This document shows positions 60,491 through 64,000 of a stretch of DNA of 64,000 nucleotides, piece by piece. The position numbers were made by a program, and so were the translations under genes. The DNA is from Candidatus Poribacteria bacterium (GTDB lineage Bacteria > Poribacteria > WGA-4E > WGA-3G), in assembly GCA_963665235.2 (NCBI GenBank), contig CAXXLX010000001.1:512001-576000 (forward strand), in the 5' to 3' direction. Positions within the stretch are counted from its first letter, which is position 1. The number at the start of each line of letters is the position of its first letter. The notes beneath the pieces are model-generated. The model searched no databases. It was given only the letters and a program-made list of their open reading frames with translations, and was not told the origin of the DNA.

Positions 60491-61746
60491 TATTTAACCT
60501 CCGTTGCTTTTTGAATAGGCGGGGATGGTTTTTCGAGAATCGCCACTTTGGTGAAACGGTGGTTTCTATCTCTGGGTCCGATGACCTGCCATCTACCCTG
60601 AAGACCATAGACAAATCTGGCGATGACATAATTTTTCATGTCGGTGTTGCCTTCCACGCTGTCCCCATCTGCTTCGTTGCCAGAGTTAATCCAGTTGGTA
60701 TAGGTAACAGGCTCACCACTATGCCAGACCCATTTTCCCTCTTCGGCGGCATCACTGAGCCCAATCCAAAAATCCGCTCCTCCAAAGATTTGCCGTATCC
60801 ATTCCTCTTCGGCTTTATCGTTAATAGAAATGAGGTAAGCCTTTTCGGCGGTAGCTTTGGCAATTGCATCCTCTATACTGCGGCAATAAATCTTTTTGTA
60901 GACGTGTCCATTTGTAGGGTTCACAGCCCATACCGGTGGGGGCTCGAGAAATGCGTCTAATTCAGTTCCCATGCGCTCTGGGTCGCGTTCTTCCAACGGA
61001 ATTGCCTGCTCGCTCATCTTCAAAAGAAGATGAACTTCGAGTTGGCCTTTGTGCAAAATAAATGGGAGCGATTTGGCAAGGAAGCCATCATATTCAACAC
61101 CAATTACATAGAACTGCGGCTCGTCATCTCCCTCGAGCTCCTGTAAAAAATACCCTTCCGCATCGGTATAACGTGTTCCCCCTGAACTCCCGCGGCCGGT
61201 TTCATCCAGGTCCCTACGGCGGAATACATAGCGAATTTGTGCGTTAGCAATCGGTGTCCCATCAGCATAAACGACCCGCGCGCGAATCTGCGGCCGGTGT
61301 CGGGTTTGTGTTCGGACTCTGATAACGGCATCTTTAATTGTTGTCCCCGGTGCTAAGGAAAACCTCATTTCCATTTCATCGAAATCTGAATCATTATAAA
61401 GCGTTAAACCTCCGATGTCGACTGAAAGCAATTGTGTTTCTCTCTCGTCCTCGCCTACCACCAATCTGACAGAGCCTGGTGGAATGTCCGTGATGGAGAA
61501 ATTGCCTTGTAGCCCGGTTTCCCTGGCTAATAGCGGTAAGAAACCCTCTACTTCGATGTCCCCGGCTTCGATTTTGTGAGGCTGAATTTCTATCGGCATC
61601 CCGACAACCGGATTTCCCTTTTCATCAACAATACGGCCGGAGAATGTGGCACCTTCTTGTGCAGGCGCGAACGGTGCCGCCCAAGTGAACAGCAGCATAA
61701 TCCCTAAAAGCATGCTAAGTTTTTGAAACGTCATTGTAAATTTCAC
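60490..61746 (-). CDS. Paralogue of B1 (B2)
   Basis: Same architecture; start probably MTFQK at 61734. Confidence 0.85.
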   Translation of the reverse strand: MKFTMTFQKLSMLLGIMLLFTWAAPFAPAQEGATFSGRIVDEKGNPVVGMPIEIQPHKIEAGDIEVEGFLPLLARETGLQGNFSITDIPPGSVRLVVGEDERETQLLSVDIGGLTLYNDSDFDEMEMRFSLAPGTTIKDAVIRVRTQTRHRPQIRARVVYADGTPIANAQIRYVFRRRDLDETGRGSSGGTRYTDAEGYFLQELEGDDEPQFYVIGVEYDGFLAKSLPFILHKGQLEVHLLLKMSEQAIPLEERDPERMGTELDAFLEPPPVWAVNPTNGHVYKKIYCRSIEDAIAKATAEKAYLISINDKAEEEWIRQIFGGADFWIGLSDAAEEGKWVWHSGEPVTYTNWINSGNEADGDSVEGNTDMKNYVIARFVYGLQGRWQVIGPRDRNHRFTKVAILEKPSPPIQKATEVK

Positions 61747-62073
61747 TCCTTCGTACGTAAGTCTTGTGTTATTTTTGGTTATTTAGAGTCTCTTTAGATG
61801 TAAAAAGATAGTAAAAAATTAAAGATTACAGAATTAGGCATTATAATGATTTAATCAGAGTCCGCCTACAGACCTCGCACCGCACCTGCTAACGAAACAG
61901 AAGGGCTACAATTAAACCGGCATAATGTCTATTGTAATCTTGTGATAGACTGTCCAGATTATGGCATATTCAATAGATGGACGCACACATGTTTTGGCGC
62001 AGAAAAATTTTCCTTGATTTTTTGATGAATTTAGACTAAAATTTAAAGATACAGACTTTTTAATTTACAGAAG

Positions 62074-62427
62074 GTGGTTCTTATGACCGGTACCGAATTT
62101 ATGACCCTACGAGAAAATGGCGAGGTCAAAATTGTTGATGTCAAAACAGATTTGAGCAGTTACGCTGCTTCCGATTTGCGTAAGGTCTTAGAGGACCTTC
62201 TTGCGGAGAAGGTCAATATGATTGTTGTGAACCTGAGTGAGGTTAGTCACATCAACAGTACTGCTGTCGGCAGTCTTGTAGGTGTAGCGAAGCGGCTGCG
62301 GCAGAGCGGTGGCGACCTCAAAATTTGTGAAGCGGCACTAAACTTGAGGCACACCTTCGATTTGATAGGTGCCTCAAGCGTTGTTGAAATTTACGAATCT
62401 GAGAAGAGTGCGATTGCCGCTTTTTAA
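62074..62427 (+). CDS. STAS-domain anti-sigma factor antagonist (RsbV/SpoIIAA-like)
   Basis: VVNLSEVSHINSTAVGSL, GGDLKI, IYESE..AIAAF. Confidence 0.88.
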   Translation: MVLMTGTEFMTLRENGEVKIVDVKTDLSSYAASDLRKVLEDLLAEKVNMIVVNLSEVSHINSTAVGSLVGVAKRLRQSGGDLKICEAALNLRHTFDLIGASSVVEIYESEKSAIAAF

Positions 62428-62458
62428 GCAAACGCGCTATAGAAAACGGGTACGAGCT

Positions 62459-62890
62459 ATGGAGAAAACCTATATTGAGCTCAAGGTGCCGAGCGATGTC
62501 TATTACCTTGAGGCGGTACGTGCATTTGTCGGGAAGTTGTCCGAAACCTTGAGATTTTCCAAAAAACGGGTATCAGACATTCAGCTCGCGCTTGACGAAA
62601 TCTGTAGCAATGCTGTCAATCACGGTTCAACGGGGGTTGAAAGCGGAATTCTATTGCAAATTAGCGTTGATGCGCGAGTGCTTGAGATTTTGGTCAGAGA
62701 TACGGGCAAACAGGGAACATGCGACTGGCTAACGCCTGAAAGGTTGACTGAGATTAAGCAGCAACGTTCGCCTGAGGGTGAACGCGGGCATGGGCTTTTT
62801 ATCGTAAATTGTCTTACTGATGCACACAAATTGGAGGGGAATGCAGGTGGGGGGACAGATGTAACAGCTATTTTTTATCGGGAGCATTAG
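62459..62890 (+). CDS. Anti-sigma factor Ser/Thr kinase (RsbW-like)
   Basis: LALDEICSNAVNHG, VRDTG, ERGHGLFIV. Confidence 0.88.
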   Translation: MEKTYIELKVPSDVYYLEAVRAFVGKLSETLRFSKKRVSDIQLALDEICSNAVNHGSTGVESGILLQISVDARVLEILVRDTGKQGTCDWLTPERLTEIKQQRSPEGERGHGLFIVNCLTDAHKLEGNAGGGTDVTAIFYREH

Positions 62891-64000
62891 GAAACGATGC
62901 GGTTTCACTCCCGATACCTTTAATAGCGATGAGTGTCATATCATCATCATTCGGGATGGCGTTTGCAAATGCGGTGATGGCTTCCGAAACGCGCTGAATA
63001 AACAGCAGCGGGGTGTGCTCAGTACATGTTTCTACGATGTGTTGCAACCGCTCGGTTGTAAAATCTTCGCCTTTCGGATTTTTAATTTCATAGGCACCAT
63101 CGGTATACAGAAGGAGCTGGCTTGAAGTATCGAACGGGTAATCGTGTATTTGATATGTGGAGTCTCTCTCAATACCGAGGCCGTTTCCTGTATTTTTATC
63201 GCCGATTAATTCGCAGGGTGTCTGGATGCCATGTTGTAAGAACGGAAATGGGTGGCCTGCGTTCGCGCAGATGAGCTGCTTTTTCGCGAGGTCGAAGATG
63301 GCACAGAAGGCAGTAGCGAACATAAAAAGACGGGAGCTAATTATATCGCTGAAACGTGTATTTAGCATTTGCATAAGGGCGGCGGGGTTGTCGCCAAGCT
63401 GTGCTCTGTATTCTGTGAGGAGTGTTTTGATAAACACGGTGACAAATGCAGCGGAAACGCCGTGTCCCATGACATCAGAGATAAAAACGCCTATTCGGTT
63501 TTCGTCGATTTCCCATACATCAAAGAAGTCACCCCCGACTGCAAGCGTTGGGCTGCTATGGGATGCGATGCGAAACCCCGCGAGGTCTTGGGTGCCGTTT
63601 TGTGGGATGAGAATTTCTTGCACGCTCCGCGCCATTTTGAGTTCATGTTCTAAGCGTGCGTTATGCTCTGCTAGCGTATCCTGGTAATGTTTAATCCGCA
63701 GGAGCGAGCGGATACGTGCTAACACTTCGAAAGCATCAAACGGTTTTTCTATAAAATCGTCTGCGCCTGCTTCGATGGCTTTAATTCGGTTCTCTTGTGT
63801 ATCGCGCAAGGCGGTTATCATAACAATCGGAATGAATTCTGTCTTTTTATCGGCTCGGACGCGTGCTGCGACCTGAAATCCATCCATTTTGGGCATATTA
63901 ATATCTAGCAAAATGAGGTCGGGGGTTTCGTTAGTGATGACCTCTAGTGCCTCAAATCCATTTTGGGCTGTTAGGATGTTGTATCCTCTCGCTTCGAGCT
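62868..64000 (-). CDS. Response-regulator receiver + PP2C (SpoIIE/RsbU) phosphatase, 5'-truncated by window edge
   Basis: PDLILLDINMPKMDG, FIEKPF, VGGDFFD, SDVMGHG, NAGHP, YTDG, DDMTL. Confidence 0.92.
   Translation of the reverse strand, partial: LEARGYNILTAQNGFEALEVITNETPDLILLDINMPKMDGFQVAARVRADKKTEFIPIVMITALRDTQENRIKAIEAGADDFIEKPFDAFEVLARIRSLLRIKHYQDTLAEHNARLEHELKMARSVQEILIPQNGTQDLAGFRIASHSSPTLAVGGDFFDVWEIDENRIGVFISDVMGHGVSAAFVTVFIKTLLTEYRAQLGDNPAALMQMLNTRFSDIISSRLFMFATAFCAIFDLAKKQLICANAGHPFPFLQHGIQTPCELIGDKNTGNGLGIERDSTYQIHDYPFDTSSQLLLYTDGAYEIKNPKGEDFTTERLQHIVETCTEHTPLLFIQRVSEAITAFANAIPNDDDMTLIAIKGIGSETASFPNAPDKK

Noticed and set aside
56095-61746. Diversity-generating retroelement targets
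   Set aside because: No reverse transcriptase or template repeat seen; both copies are full genes.

Overview
Bacterial chromosomal segment, most consistent with Candidatus Poribacteria (inferred from a PhyH dioxygenase, lamin-tail/Ig giant protein with a C-terminal K-x-x-x-T-W-A-x-x-K motif, C-type-lectin proteins and abundant REP-like repeats). Left to right: an N-terminally cut STAND-type ATPase; a ~17-kb minus-strand gene run built around a 2481-aa LysM/degenerate-M28/MacB-FtsX membrane protein, an OPT-like transporter, a stand-alone PqqD/RRE protein and a LolD-like ATPase, interrupted by a decaying GHKL-ATPase/nuclease gene; an XRE + ImmA/IrrE pair split by a protein-less IscB-type omega-RNA element; a 353-bp tandem duplication showing both the empty and the MITE-filled allele; two near-identical IS605 (tnpA+tnpB) copies with a mutated HUH motif and rearranged RuvC; a second protein-less, promoter-bearing TnpB-type guide-RNA element; a 3202-aa Ig-repeat surface protein behind a sigma54 promoter; a CRISPR-mimicking 53-bp REP array; sugar catabolism genes; pyrD and a pyrB::PyrI-zinc-domain fusion; a duplicated pair of C-type lectin genes; and RsbV/RsbW/RsbU-like genes. 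The best candidates for undescribed biology are (i) the set of ORF-less OMEGA guide-RNA elements sharing one TnpA-type hairpin and (ii) the pseudo-peptidase/MacB/OPT/PqqD operon. All calls come from reading motifs by eye; several frameshifts may be sequencing errors.
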